A stretch of DNA of 64,000 bases, from positions 558,001 to 622,000 of the forward strand of contig CBFDEM010000040.1 of the NCBI GenBank assembly GCA_965603825.1. Direction: 5' to 3'. This DNA is from Blepharisma stoltei ATCC 30299. Lineage: Eukaryota > Protista > Ciliophora. Made by a program: the position numbers and the translations under genes. Shown here one piece after another: positions 23,803 to 36,360 of the stretch. The notes beneath the pieces were generated by a model, which was not told where the DNA came from, searched no databases, and worked only from the letters and a program-made list of their open reading frames with translations. Each line of letters begins with the position of its first letter. Position 1 is the stretch's first letter.

Positions 23803-24261
23803 TTTATTATTTGAATAAAAATCTATAATAAAATTCAATAATGAATTTTATGAGCATAATCTAAATGGATATGAGCTCAGTTAGAAACATAATAGAATTT
23901 AAATATCTTTGCGAATAAATAAAAAGCAGCTATTCTATGAACGAGCTAAATTCAAGAAGCTGTACTTTGAGCCTTTAAATGTTTATAAACCCAAGTGAAG
24001 AACTGATATGTTAGAATAAGTTATGATGATGCTGGAAAGAAGTGTCATGCTGCTTTAGGGCCAAACCCTTGCTTAAGAATCTCTTAGATCGTTGCAAATT
24101 ATTTATTATGAGCAGAAATCTATACGTAGCGACCTTAATCCTATAAATAATTAAATTTTACACTAATTTATCTATTAAGTTATGCTTCAAGACTTAATTT
24201 CGAAATTTAAATTTAAATTGTTGCCTTTAGTAATCAAAAAATTAAAAATAATAATCAAAAT

Positions 24262-27200
24262 ATGGAAAGTTTGGAAAAGCACCTTTATGATGTCTTTAAG
24301 AATTTTCAAGGCTATGAACGCTCAAGCTCTGCAGAATATTACCTATCTGCTTCTGGAATTGAAGGAGTGCTTACAACAATTTACCACGGCAGAATCCATA
24401 CAGTAGGAATAGATGCTCCTTTAAATTATTCTCCCGCCTCTTGCGATGAAATAAATGGTGTGTTAGCTTGTATAGCAAAATTCAAAGAAATTGTCAGGAT
24501 GGATTGTCAAGAACTAAAGAAGCCTGTTGTTTCTTTTTGGAAAATCAATATAAGTGGCAAAAATCCGTCTCAGAGAGTGCAACAAGCTCAAGAAAATTAT
24601 ATATGGCAATTAATGGTAATCTTTCCCAAAAACTATACAAATTTTGATGAAGAGCCTTTGTCTAATACCTCTGAGTTAGTTTACATGATTGATTCATCGG
24701 GTAATAATCATACTTTGCCAGGTTTGATGAAATTTTTGTTGAAAACACAAATTTCATATACAAGGTCTAATGGGATATCAAATACTTTTGGAGGAATATT
24801 CCCATCAGCTATAATATGCGATGCACTCAGCATTAAGCAGCACGAGAATCCCTCTCAAAGCTGACTATGGTTGATATTTAATACAGTAATGCTGATTTCA
24901 TCTAGAAATTGTAACTACTTAAATGAATTTTCAAATTTCGACGTATGCCGAACTAATAAAATATTAGCTATTTTCGAAGATTTAGGCATCAATTTCAGTA
25001 AGTGGGTAAAAATTGCTAATTTTTGAAGAACGTTTAGTTCAGAATGGTTAGAAATGATAGAAAAGGCAATTTTAACCGAGCTACGTGTAAAATTGTCATC
25101 ATGGTTAATTTTCGAAGATCAAGCAAATTTTTTAGCAAATAATTTGAACATAAACCAATTGTGTTTGCTAGTAGAGTACAAAGACAACAACAAAGAGGAT
25201 GATGCTCTCCAATTTATCTACTCATTAAGGAGAAGCCAAGAATTAGATTCTGATACCTTTAAAACTCCAAATTCCATAAGGATAAATCAAGATGAATCGC
25301 TTACAACGCCCCAGTCAGTAATTAAGGTAAAAACAAATTGTTCCTTCGAAACTTCAAGTGCAGATTTTATACATATAGTTAGAGGCGGAAATATCTTTAT
25401 TGACAAAACTATATTTATAAAGGCAATTTTAGAAAACTCTACCTATAAAATTGCTATTCTTAGGCCAAGAGGTTGGGGCAAATCAGTGAACATGAGCATG
25501 CTCCAAGCATTTCTAAATCCTCAGATAGGCGAGTCTGAAGAATTCTCAAACTTATACTTATTTACTGGCGAAAGAAATAACGCTAATTTGGATAACTTAG
25601 ACAATGAAAAGTGTAAAAACATTATGAAAATAGATGATGGAAAGTATAGAAATTTTGCAGGGACAATACCTACTATTTTATTTCGTTTTCCCGAAATTTT
25701 AACGTTAAACGCCGAAACTTCTGAAGAAATCAAGAATGAAATATCAAAAACATTACGAAAGCATATTTCTTCATATCGCCAATATTTAAAACCAAAAATA
25801 AGTCATTCTTCAATAAATAAAGATTTTAAGAAGCTAACACTTGAAGATTTGGACAAAATTATTGATCAGCAAAAAATAGATTTACCTAAGGAAATGAAGT
25901 TATTTAGACTATATCTATCAGATAGCTCAAAAATAGATATATATACAGCATTGAATGATCTTGTTACCATGCTGTATATGATTCATGGTAGACATGTTAT
26001 TTTTATTATAGATGACTACGATAGCATTTATAAGCAGGCAGCGGTAGATGCAAAGCATGAACAAGAAATAATATTGCTTTTAAGGCGAATGCTTTACCCA
26101 CTAGTTTATTCAGACGATGATTATATTAGGAAAATAATTGTAACTGGAGTTTATTATGATCTGCTACTTACTATATTTCCTGGTCAATTTTTTGCCCCTT
26201 TTACGGTTTTAAATGAGCTTTTCTCTGACTTTTTTGGCTTTACTGAATCCGAAGTTGATGAATTACTTGAACATCATTTGGTACAAGATTCGCACGCAAA
26301 TATAGTTGAGCAGAAAAAACTGATAAAGCAATGATATGATGGGTACAGGGTTGGGAGCCAAAAAATTTACAACCCCTTTTCAATAATGTGTTGCTTATGA
26401 AACGCTTCACTGCATAATGTAGCACCTCTCCAAACATATTGGCATAATGAAGAAGACGAAAAGATTTTCATTTCAGTATTCAATACTATTGAATCTCATA
26501 ACAAAATATTTGAAATAATGAAAGCTGGGTATCTTCGTTTAGATAGGCCAATATATCAGGACACAAGGATTAGAGATAATGTTTGTGTGCTATTTCTCTA
26601 TGCTGGATACTTGACACCCCATGAAAACAAGCCAAACAACTTAGTCTATGTAGTCCCTAATAAAGAAATAAAGAGATATTTTTATGAAAATTTGTTTACG
26701 GCATGAATCAATAAAGTGTCTAAAAATGATAATATTAATCATTTTGCATGGGTAAATAAATATATTGATTGTTTAGAGAACAAAGAACAGCTTCAAAATC
26801 TTATTCAAACTGATCTACTAGATAATATAAGCGACAATAGCAGTAAGAATGAGGCTTTTTTCCAAACTTATACAGGAGGAATAGCTCTTATAGCATTAGA
26901 GAAAGCACCGGCGCCTAAATATAAATTTCATGTAGAGAAAGCTAATCAATTCGGCAAAAAGACTGATGGAATTTTTATTCCAATTCCTGGAGAATCCTCT
27001 ACCATCATTATTCATGAACTTAAAAAATTAGAAGTTGCTCACAAAGATAAAGTTCAGGAAAGAGCTGATGATGCTCTTTGGCAGATCTACTCCAAGAAAT
27101 ATATGGATATTGCCTTAAGCTCGAAGGAGAGTCATTTTCGTAATGTAATTATTCGAGGCATTGTTTTTTACAGAAGCCCTTCTAAAGGAAATTGGGAAGT

Positions 27201-27501
27201 ATTTATCAAGGAGCATCAATTTAGCTATCATGATGCTGTAGAGGTAGACAAATACTTTAGAACAGCAGATGGAAAAATACTGCCTCAATATTCAGTATTG
27301 TGTAGAGATAATTGCAGGATATACTCCACAGAAATGGCAAGGGATAAGCTTGGTGGCAATGATATCGACGAATTAATCGAAAAAATTATTAGTAAAGACC
27401 CAAGTTTAGCTAATATAGATAAGACATATCAAGAAGAGACATTAAAAAGAAAAATTGACCCAGGAGCTGAAGGCATAAAAAAATTCAAAAAGGGAAAATA
27501 A
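24262..27501 (+). CDS. Bacterial-type AAA-ATPase-like + PD-(D/E)XK nuclease (DUF1703/PDDEXK_9-like) protein with an N-terminal extension, 1079 aa, intronless
   Basis: Four listed ORFs share one frame, joined by TGA at 24862, 25024, 26332, 26398 and 26704. Motifs FIDKT, RPRGWGKS, IIDDYD, FGFTESEV, (TGA)YDGY..YNPFSI, AGYLT, PNKEI, D..HELK and ALWQIYSKKY. Confidence 0.88.
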
Positions 27502-27841
27502 TGGTAATAATTTTAATTGATTTACACGGTCATAAAAATCTGAAAATTAGAATCTCATAGAGAAAAAATGGGACAGTTATTTGTTTTTTCTATTAATTAA
27601 AACATTTATTTCAGCTCCGAAATGTGAAATGGAGGATAGAAGTATTTAATGAAACTGCAAAAATAATAACTCAAAATATACCTTCAGAACAGGTATGGCT
27701 CAACCTGAAACTCCCTCTAAGCATAATATACGCCTTACTCTTGCAATTTATCTTTAGAATTGCATTTAAAGTAAATAAAAACTATTTCGGTAGCGAAAGT
27801 TAATACTTGTAACAAAAAATGAAAAAATTAAATTCAGTTAA

Positions 27842-28438
27842 ATGCAAGGATTGAATAATTCTAATTTTTATCCAGAATTAGACGATTGGAACAAGAAAGC
27901 CCATCGGCTTGTAGAAGATATTGAATGTACAATCAATGGGTTTTCAGATTTATTAAGCCAATCTTCAAGAAGAAACAAAGAGAATATTGTACCGAATTGT
28001 AAAAATCATCCAATCAAAGCATCCCATTCATTGAACGAGCAATCTTTATTAGAGCAATCTACAAAATCAGACCCATTCACGGTCAAGAGAATTATAAGAG
28101 CAGGAATTGCATACTTGAAAAATTCATCTCCAAGGCCTTTAACGGATTCCTCTGAATGCATTCTTTCTAATTCTTATATCTCAGAACCTTCTTTACCATT
28201 CAGCTTCCAGCCAATCAAAGTAACAGTTAGGCGGAAAAATACTGATTCTAAAGAAAGCAAAGGATTAAAAAAGAGATCTAAATCAGCAAAAAGATCTAAT
28301 ATTGAAAATAAAGATAAACCTTTGGGTTCTAAAAGGAAAGAAAATAAATCAAAAATGCCACAGAAGAGAGGAAGAAGTCTTGATAGCTCCAAGGCTTCAA
28401 TAAAGCCTTTAAGGAGTAAGAGTGCAAAGAGATCTTAA
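27842..28438 (+). CDS. Hypothetical Lys/Ser/Arg-rich protein
   Basis: 198-aa ATG-to-TAA ORF, repeated RSKSAKRS. Confidence 0.6.
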   Translation: MQGLNNSNFYPELDDWNKKAHRLVEDIECTINGFSDLLSQSSRRNKENIVPNCKNHPIKASHSLNEQSLLEQSTKSDPFTVKRIIRAGIAYLKNSSPRPLTDSSECILSNSYISEPSLPFSFQPIKVTVRRKNTDSKESKGLKKRSKSAKRSNIENKDKPLGSKRKENKSKMPQKRGRSLDSSKASIKPLRSKSAKRS

Positions 28439-28593
28439 GCTTAGATATATAATAATAAATTGTAAAATTAATTTGCTTCAATAAATTAATCAATAAAATA
28501 TAAAAATAAGAAATTTTGATTTGTTTTTTGACTCTGAATAATAATTTTTATAATATGTTTGTAGTTACACAATTACATCTTTTTTTATAATAA

Positions 28594-30672
28594 ATGAATC
28601 TAAACGAACTAGCTGTACCTAAAACTCCTTTTTCTACATATAGAAATAGCCGTTCTCCTTTTATGTCTAATCAAAGCCCAATTCCCAGCAACACCCTTGA
28701 AAAGCCTGCTCGATTAAGTCTTAATAAATCAGGATCTTTATCAAAGCTAGGAGGCAGCATAGTTTCAAGTCCAAGCCCTCGCCCTCGCCCTCAAGATTTA
28801 AACTCTGTAACTATGAGAAAACCAGCCCTCAGTACTTCTCAAAGTATTCAAAATCTTGATAACATCACCATTCTTGATACATTTCAAAGTAACCAGCTTC
28901 CTCCAATTCACGAATCTAATCTTTCAGGCCCAGCATTTAAAGGAGTTCCTACTCACCGAACAATTTTCCTTGACAAGCGTGCATCTCCATTACTAAATGT
29001 AGGCTATGGCGGTGTAGAAAAGCCTCATTTTGACTTAAATCCTTTATATACAAGTACTCATTACAGAGAACGCCAAGTAGCACCAATCGCGCCTCCTCGT
29101 GAAAAAATCAGAGCGATATTTGCCATTTACTATTTAGGAAGAGGCTTTAACGCAGTAACTAATACCTTTGGAAGGCCAAATGGTCTTGGGATCCTCTTAT
29201 CCCCTGACTTATGTTTGACTACTCATTCAGTTCTCCCTGATGAAGAATCTGCTAAAAATTCATATGCACAATTCAGAGATAGCGAAGTTTTTAAATTTGA
29301 CCCTCAAAGGTGTTTTGTGACATCGAGCAATCATGAGTTTACGCTGGTGGCATTCCAATCTCAATCTGGAAATGCTTTACAGTATTTTAAGCCAATTCAC
29401 ATTACAGAGCCATTGTCTCTTCATATTGAAGATGCAGTTGCTTTTTTCCCATATGATGCACATGCTGTAAAAAAAGTAGCAGCAATTGAAAAAAATTATT
29501 TTACTTTTACGTCAGGTAAAAAAGAAGATTTATTGCCGGGGACTGCAGTGTTTTCGTCCACGTGGGTATTCCAAGGGATGTATATAAGGTCAAGTTCTCA
29601 TATAAATGTGGCGAACCGAATGGAACATATTTTGGCTTATTTAGAATCAATATTATCTATATATCCAAATAGCTTATTAGAGCAGTTTTTACATCTAGAT
29701 CATATGGGATTTTTAGAGCAGTTTCATGATAGATATTTATATTATTTTGAATGGCATGGGAGAAATACATGAAGATATGATTTAGATTTAGGGGAATGGG
29801 CACATGTAACCCTCAGAGGTTTAGAAAATTTAGAAAATTCTGCTAAAAATTGGACTTATAATTGAAACTCAAGGCTTGTTTATCTTCCTGATATGTCAAT
29901 TCTAATAATTGGTGGCAAATCCAAGCAAACAGGCGCAGAAACTAATGAAGTTTGGCTATTTTCTCCTGCGAAATACAACACATTGAAGAAAATGACTTCT
30001 ATGATAACTGCAAGAGAAAGCTGTGCTTGTGTGTACATTGAGAACTATGTATATGTTTTTGGGGGAAAACCATATCTTCAAACTTGTGAAAGATTATCTC
30101 TTGCAAGCCAAAGATGGACTGAGATCACTCCTATGTATTATGCAAGATATGAGGCAACAGCTTGCCCAGCATTGGACTCTACACATATTTTTGTATTTGG
30201 AGGAGGACCTATGAATCCATCTGGAAATACAATTGAATCATACTCAATAAAACAAAATCAATGGCAATTACTTCCTGTAACTATGCCTAGACCTCTGGTA
30301 AAGCTTGCTGTTTTTCCCATTACGAATAGAAAAATCGCTATTTTGGGCGGCCATGGATCTCATTGAGTTTATTTAATGTATATTGAAGATTTATTAGATC
30401 AGCAAGGATATACGTATAAAATAGAAGACTGTATGAAACCTTTGGACGAAACATTGGAAACAGTATGGCCTGTAGCCTATTGTAGAAGAAACAATAAACT
30501 ATATATGCTAAATCTCAATCGAAGTGGATATACAGGGGTAACTCCTGGTGTCGTCGAATATCCTTTAGAATATTTCGACATGGGCCAAGCACTAGATCGT
30601 GATATGGATATCTTTTCTACTTCCAAGCCTGGAAGAGTGCAAACTCCTATATCTTTACAAAGATTAATGTAA
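28594..30672 (+). CDS. Trypsin-like (probably inactive) domain + Kelch-repeat protein (692 aa)
   Basis: Three ORFs joined by TGA=Trp. GILLSPDLCLTTHSVL trypsin-like strand; Kelch GG doublets (IIGG, VFGG, VFGGG, ILGG). Confidence 0.8.
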
Positions 30673-30715
30673 AATAAAATTGATATGAAATTTTTAATAA
30701 AAATATTGTAAAAAA

Positions 30716-32351
30716 ATGAGAAAGAAACAAGATCTATTAAATGCATGAGGAGAAGATTTTTGAAAAAGGCATTTTGGAGTGTTTAACTTTTTAAGATGAT
30801 GCTTTTTCAAAAGTATTGATATGCTTGATGATAAATTCAAAAATCCAGAATTAACTATGGTTCTAGCTGGGATATTTTTGCTTAATATAAATTTAAATGT
30901 CCTAGGAAGTGTTACCTTAGGAGAGATCTGCTATCAATATCAAGAAGTAATAAGAAATTCAGGAACTTGTAAGCCAATTACCAGCAGCATTAAATCTGAG
31001 GAATCCATTTTCAGTGTATGTGAACTGATTTTATATTTTGTTCTTTGTTGGGAATCTTAAATCTTCTCCGTTTATATTGACCCTGTGTTGTGCATTGTTT
31101 CATACATATGATACAATTATCAAATTAATTGATACATCTTTTTGCCCACCTCAATCAAATACGGGAAGATTTAATGGGCTTTTACTTTGAGCTGCCTATA
31201 GATCTTTTATGAACTGCTGAGCTTTAATATATTGGCTTGCAATTGTAATTTTGCCTAAAAGACTTAGCAAGAAATTTCAATTAAGTGAGCTACTTAGCAT
31301 AAATCATATATTGTGCAAAATTTTATTCTGAAATAAAGCGAAAAAGACAAAGGAAATTTTAACAACACCTTTCAAAATGCCATTCAGAATTAGAGCATCA
31401 GCTGTGTTCTCTGTTTTCGCAATATTGGTAGACATCTGCGTTGTAAAATATATGCAGTATATGTTACTTTCTTATTCAATTTATTATTTAACTGATGAAT
31501 TAAGATCATATAGAGATTATTTGAAGACTCAGCCAGGAAACGATATATTTATCATCCTGTATTTACAAGAAACACACATTGTTACTGTTTCAGAAGGAAT
31601 CAACTTACTTAGTATTGTAATAAGATGCTTAGAGCCAATTTTCCCATGCATTGCTATATCTCTTATTATCGGATCAATTGTCGCATTATATTCTATAGTC
31701 TTAATGCTTTTTAGATACAAACAATATATGCTCATAATTGTCAATGAGCCAGAAAACAGAGAGTTTTTAAAGCGAATTTGAAGATTCCCAAGTTATTTAG
31801 CTATATTTTTCCCATGTATCTAATATTTAGCTCAATTTGTAATGAATATTTCTTTTCTTCACATAACTTTTTCATTTGTATTATCTAGTTTCCTTTATGC
31901 ATTTACTATATTTTTTATGTTTACAGATGTTTTTGCATATATTATGAGCAAGCCTTTACAGTTTTGGCTGGTTTTAGCCATTTTATTTTGAGGGTAAACT
32001 TAACTCAGATTAATTTATTTTCCTCATCTTGTTGAAAAAGATAGGACAGTAAAGAATAAAATGTATTTTTGCTTATGGGATAGCTGATTTTTATTTGCTG
32101 GATATACGAGCTCAATTATTATTGGCATCTTCAGATATTTTTTCGGAGCAGGGATTGCTTTATTTCTAGGGTTTAGAGCTCACATTAGTAATATGGCACC
32201 TCCATTTGATAGATTGGATGCGCTTTATCGGAGTTTTTACGGATCTATTACTATGCATTGCATTATTCTAGGAATTATGCCAACAAAAGAGGAGTTACTA
32301 GAAATAGCAAATGCCACAAGAGACAAAGGTCCTGCTAAAATAATCCTTTAA
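30716..32351 (+). CDS. STRA6-like multi-pass membrane protein, array copy 1 (524 aa); introns 30947-30962, 31443-31457, 31816-31830, 31994-32008
   Basis: Continuous frame after splicing with TGA=Trp. Motifs FKMPFRIRAS, LEPIFPC..LMLFRYK and VKNKMYF..GIFRY..PFDRLDALYRSFYG. Confidence 0.8.
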
Positions 32352-32633
32352 TTGAATAAATTTTACTTTCTGTTTTATTTTGAAATTAATATTATTGTCT
32401 GGCTATTCTTAATAATTCAATCTAAAATAATTACCAGTACACTCATATTTTAAGTATTTATGGATAGTTAAGAAATCTAAGTAACTATTAAATTTAGAGG
32501 CTATCTGAAAGCACTGTTCGAGCTATCTATAATAACTTAGTGTATTAAAACTTTATCGTCACTATTGTAGAAGAAAGTCTAAAAATTTAGAAATCCAATA
32601 GTCTCAAATTCTTTATAAAAATATTGTAAAGAA

Positions 32634-34269
32634 ATGAGAAATAAGCAAGATCTATTAAATTCGTGAGGAAAAGATTTTTGAAAAAGGCATTTTGGAGTGT
32701 TTAACTTTTTAAGATGATGCTTTTTTAAAAGCATTGACATGATCGATGATAAGTTCAGAAACCCTGAATTAACTATGATCTTGGCTGGAATATTTTTGCA
32801 TAATATAAATTTAAATGCCCTAGGAAGTGTTACCTTAGGAGAGATCTGTTATCAATATCAAGAAGTAATAAGAAATTCAGGAACTTGCAAATCAATTGCC
32901 AGCAGCTTTAAGTTTAAGGAATCCGTTTTCAATGTATGTGAACTGATTTTATATTTTGTTCTTTGTTGGAAATCTTAAATCTTCACCGTTTGCTCTGACT
33001 GTGATATGTGCATTGTTTCATACATATGATACAATTATCAGATTAATTGATACATCTTTTTGCCCACCTCGATCTAATACGGGAAGATTTAATGGACTTT
33101 TTCTTTGAGCTGTTTATAGATCTTTTATGAACTGCTGAGCTTTAGTATATTGGCTTGCAATTATAATGCTGCCTAAAAGACTTAGCAAGAAATTTCAATT
33201 AAGTAAGCTGCTTCGCATAAATCATATTTTGTGCAAAATTCTATTTTGAAATAAAGCCAAAAAGACAAAGAAAATTTTAGCAACACCTTTCAAAATACCT
33301 TTCAGAATTAGAGCATCAGCTGTTTTCTCTGTTTTAGCAACATTAGTTGATATCTGCGTTGTAAAATATATGCAGCATATGCTATTTTCTTATTCAATTA
33401 TATATTTAACAGAAGAGTTAAGAAAACATAGAAATTACTTGAAGACACAGCCAGGAATCGACATATTTATCATGTTTTATTTACAAGAAACACACATTGT
33501 TACTGTTTCAGAGGGAATTGACTTACTTAGTATTGTAATAAGATGCTTAGAACCGATTTTCCCATGCATTGCTATTTCTCTTATTATCGCATCAATTGCT
33601 GCATTATATTCTATAGGCTTAATGCTTTTTAGATACAAACAATATATGCTCATAATTGTCAATGAGCCCGAAAACAGAGAGTTTTTAAAGCGAGTTTGAA
33701 GATTCCCAAGTTATTTAGCTATATTTTTCCCATGTATCTAATATTTAGCTCAATTTGTAATGAATACTGCTTTTCTTCACATAACGTTTTCCTTTGTATT
33801 ATCTAGTTTCCTTTATGCATTTACTATATTTTTTATGTTTACAGATGTTTTTGCATATATTATGAGCAAGCCTTTACAGTTTTGGCTGGTTTTAGCCATT
33901 TTATTTTGAGGGTAAACTTAACTCAGATTAATTTATTTTCCTCATCTTGTTGAAAATGATAGGACAGTAAAGAATAAAATGTATTTTTGCTTATGGGATA
34001 GCTGATTTTTATTTGCTGGATATACGAGCTCAATTATTATTGGCGTCTTCAGATATTTTTTCGGAGCAGGGATTGCTTTATTTCTAGGGTTTAGAGCTCA
34101 CATTAGTAATATGGCACCTCCATTTGATAGATTGGATGCGCTTTATCGGAGTTTTTACGGATCTATTACTATGCATTGCATTATTCTAGGAATTATGCCA
34201 ACAAAAGAGGAGTTACTAGAAATAGCAAATGCCACAAGAGACAAAGGTCCTGCTAAAATAATCCTTTAA
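32634..34269 (+). CDS. STRA6-like protein, copy 2 (524 aa); introns 32865-32880, 33361-33375, 33734-33748, 33912-33926
   Basis: Collinear with copy 1 at a fixed offset of 1918 nt; 3' half nearly identical. Confidence 0.8.
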
Positions 34270-34635
34270 TTGAATAAATTTTACTTTCTGTTGCGAAAAG
34301 AATATAAGTTTTGATTTTGAAATTGATTTTATTTTCTTGTATTCTTAAAATTAAATCTGTAATATAAACTGATATTTTAAGTAGTTTATGGATAGTCAAG
34401 AATCCGAAGTCAACTGTTAAATTTAGAGGCCATCTGGAAGCACTTTTTGTTCTGAATTGTTATCGTTTTTTTGCAGAGGAAAATTTAGGAATCCAATCGT
34501 CTTTAGGGCAAATTATCTCTCCAATACAATATAAATATATAGAACTATATTAAAAGATAGAAAAGCCATATACCTTTACAAATAAGTCAAAATATATTAA
34601 AATATGAAATTCTTAATAAAAAATATTGTAAAGAA

Positions 34636-36277
34636 ATGAGAAATAAGCAAGATCTATTAAATTCGTGAGGAGAAGATTTTTGAAAAAGGCATTTTGGAGT
34701 GTTTAACTTTTTAAGATGATGCTTTTTTAAAAGCATTGATATGCTCGATGATAAGTTCAGAAACCCTGAATTAACCATGATTTTGGCTGGGATATTTTTA
34801 ATTAATATAAATTTAAATGTCCTAGGGAGTGTTAGCCTAGGAGAGCTTTGCTATGAATATCAAGAAGTAATAAGAAAATCAGGAACTTGTAAGTCAAATG
34901 CCAGCAGCTTTAAGTTTGAGAAATCCATTTTCAATGTACGTCAACTGGTTTTATATTTTATACTTTGTTGGAAATCTCAAATCTTCACCGTTTGCGCTGA
35001 CTGTGATATGTGCATCAGCTCATGCATATGATACGATTATTAAACTAATTGATACATCGTTTTGCCCAACTCGTTCGACTGAGTCTGATAGATGATATTC
35101 TCAAATTTTTATCTGAGCTGTCTATAGATCTTTTATGAACTGCTGAGCTTTATTTTATTGGCTTGCTATTGTGATGTTGCCTAAAAGACTTAGCAAAAAA
35201 TTTCAATTAAGTGAACTGATTAATTTGAATAATTCTGCATGCAAAATTCTATTTTGTAAAAGAGCAAAAAAAACAAAGGAAATTTTGACGACTCCTTTCA
35301 AAATACCATTCAGAATTCGAGCATCAGCGTTTTTTTCAATTTTTGCAACAATTGTGGATGCTTGTGGTGTAATTTATATGCAGTATACCTTATTTTCTTA
35401 TTCAATAATTTACTTAACTGATGATTTAAGATCTTACAGGGATTACTTGACAACTCAGCCCGGAAATGACATATTCATCGCGCTATTTTTAAAAGAAACA
35501 CACATTGTTACAGTTTCAGAAGGAATCGATTTTCTCGGCCTTGTAATAAAATGCTTAGAGCCTATTTTTCCATGCATTGTTGTCTCTATTGCTATTGGAT
35601 CAATTTTGACACTGTATTCCATAGGCCTAATGCTTTTTAGATATAAGCAATATATGCTAATAATTGTTAATGAGCCAGAAAACAGAGATTTTTTGAAGCG
35701 AGTTTGACGATTTCCAAGTTATTTAGCTATATTTTTCCCTTGTAACCACTATATAGCTCAATTTGTAACGAACACGCTTTTTCTCCACATGACTTTTTCA
35801 ATCGTGCTATGTAGCTTCATTTATGCATTCACACTATTTTTTATGATTATTGACATTTCTTCATACTTTATGAATAAACCTTTGGAATTTTGACTAGCTC
35901 TAGTGTTTTTATTTTGAGGGTAACATTAATATAGGCTGCTTTATTTTCCCCATCTAGTTGAAAAGGACGGAACAGTGAAAAATAAAAAATATTTTTGTCT
36001 TTGGGATAGTTGATTTTTATTCGCTGGATTTACCAGTTCGGCTCTTATAGGTTTTTTTAGGTACTTTTTCGGGGCAGGGATTGCTTTATTTCTGGGTTTT
36101 AGGGCTCACATTAGTAATATGGCACCTCCATTTGATCGATTGGATGCACTTTATCGAAGTTTTTACGGATCGATTACCCTGTATTGCATAATTCTAGGAA
36201 TTATGCCAACAAATGATGAGTTATTAGAGATAGCAAATGCCGCAAGAGATAAAGGCCCAGCGAAAATAATTTTTTAA
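34636..36277 (+). CDS. STRA6-like protein, copy 3 (526 aa); introns 34867-34882, 35369-35383, 35742-35756, 35920-35934
   Basis: Same exon structure and motifs as copies 1 and 2. Confidence 0.8.
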
Positions 36278-36360
36278 TTATAGTAGCAAAATTTTATTTT
36301 AATAAATATCAAATTTTTTAATTAATATTCAATTAAATGGATTTGTAGTAAAATTAATAA

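Noticed and set aside
24020-24100. ATGATGA box-C-like motif suggesting a snoRNA
   Set aside because: No matching box D (CTGA) or terminal stem downstream.
24262-27501. A four-gene bacterial operon or contaminant
   Set aside because: All four ORFs share one frame separated only by TGA, one of them inside the WYDGY motif, and the flanks are ciliate genes.
23810-27841. Transposon boundaries around the nuclease gene
   Set aside because: No terminal inverted repeats, target-site duplication or transposase motifs seen by eye.
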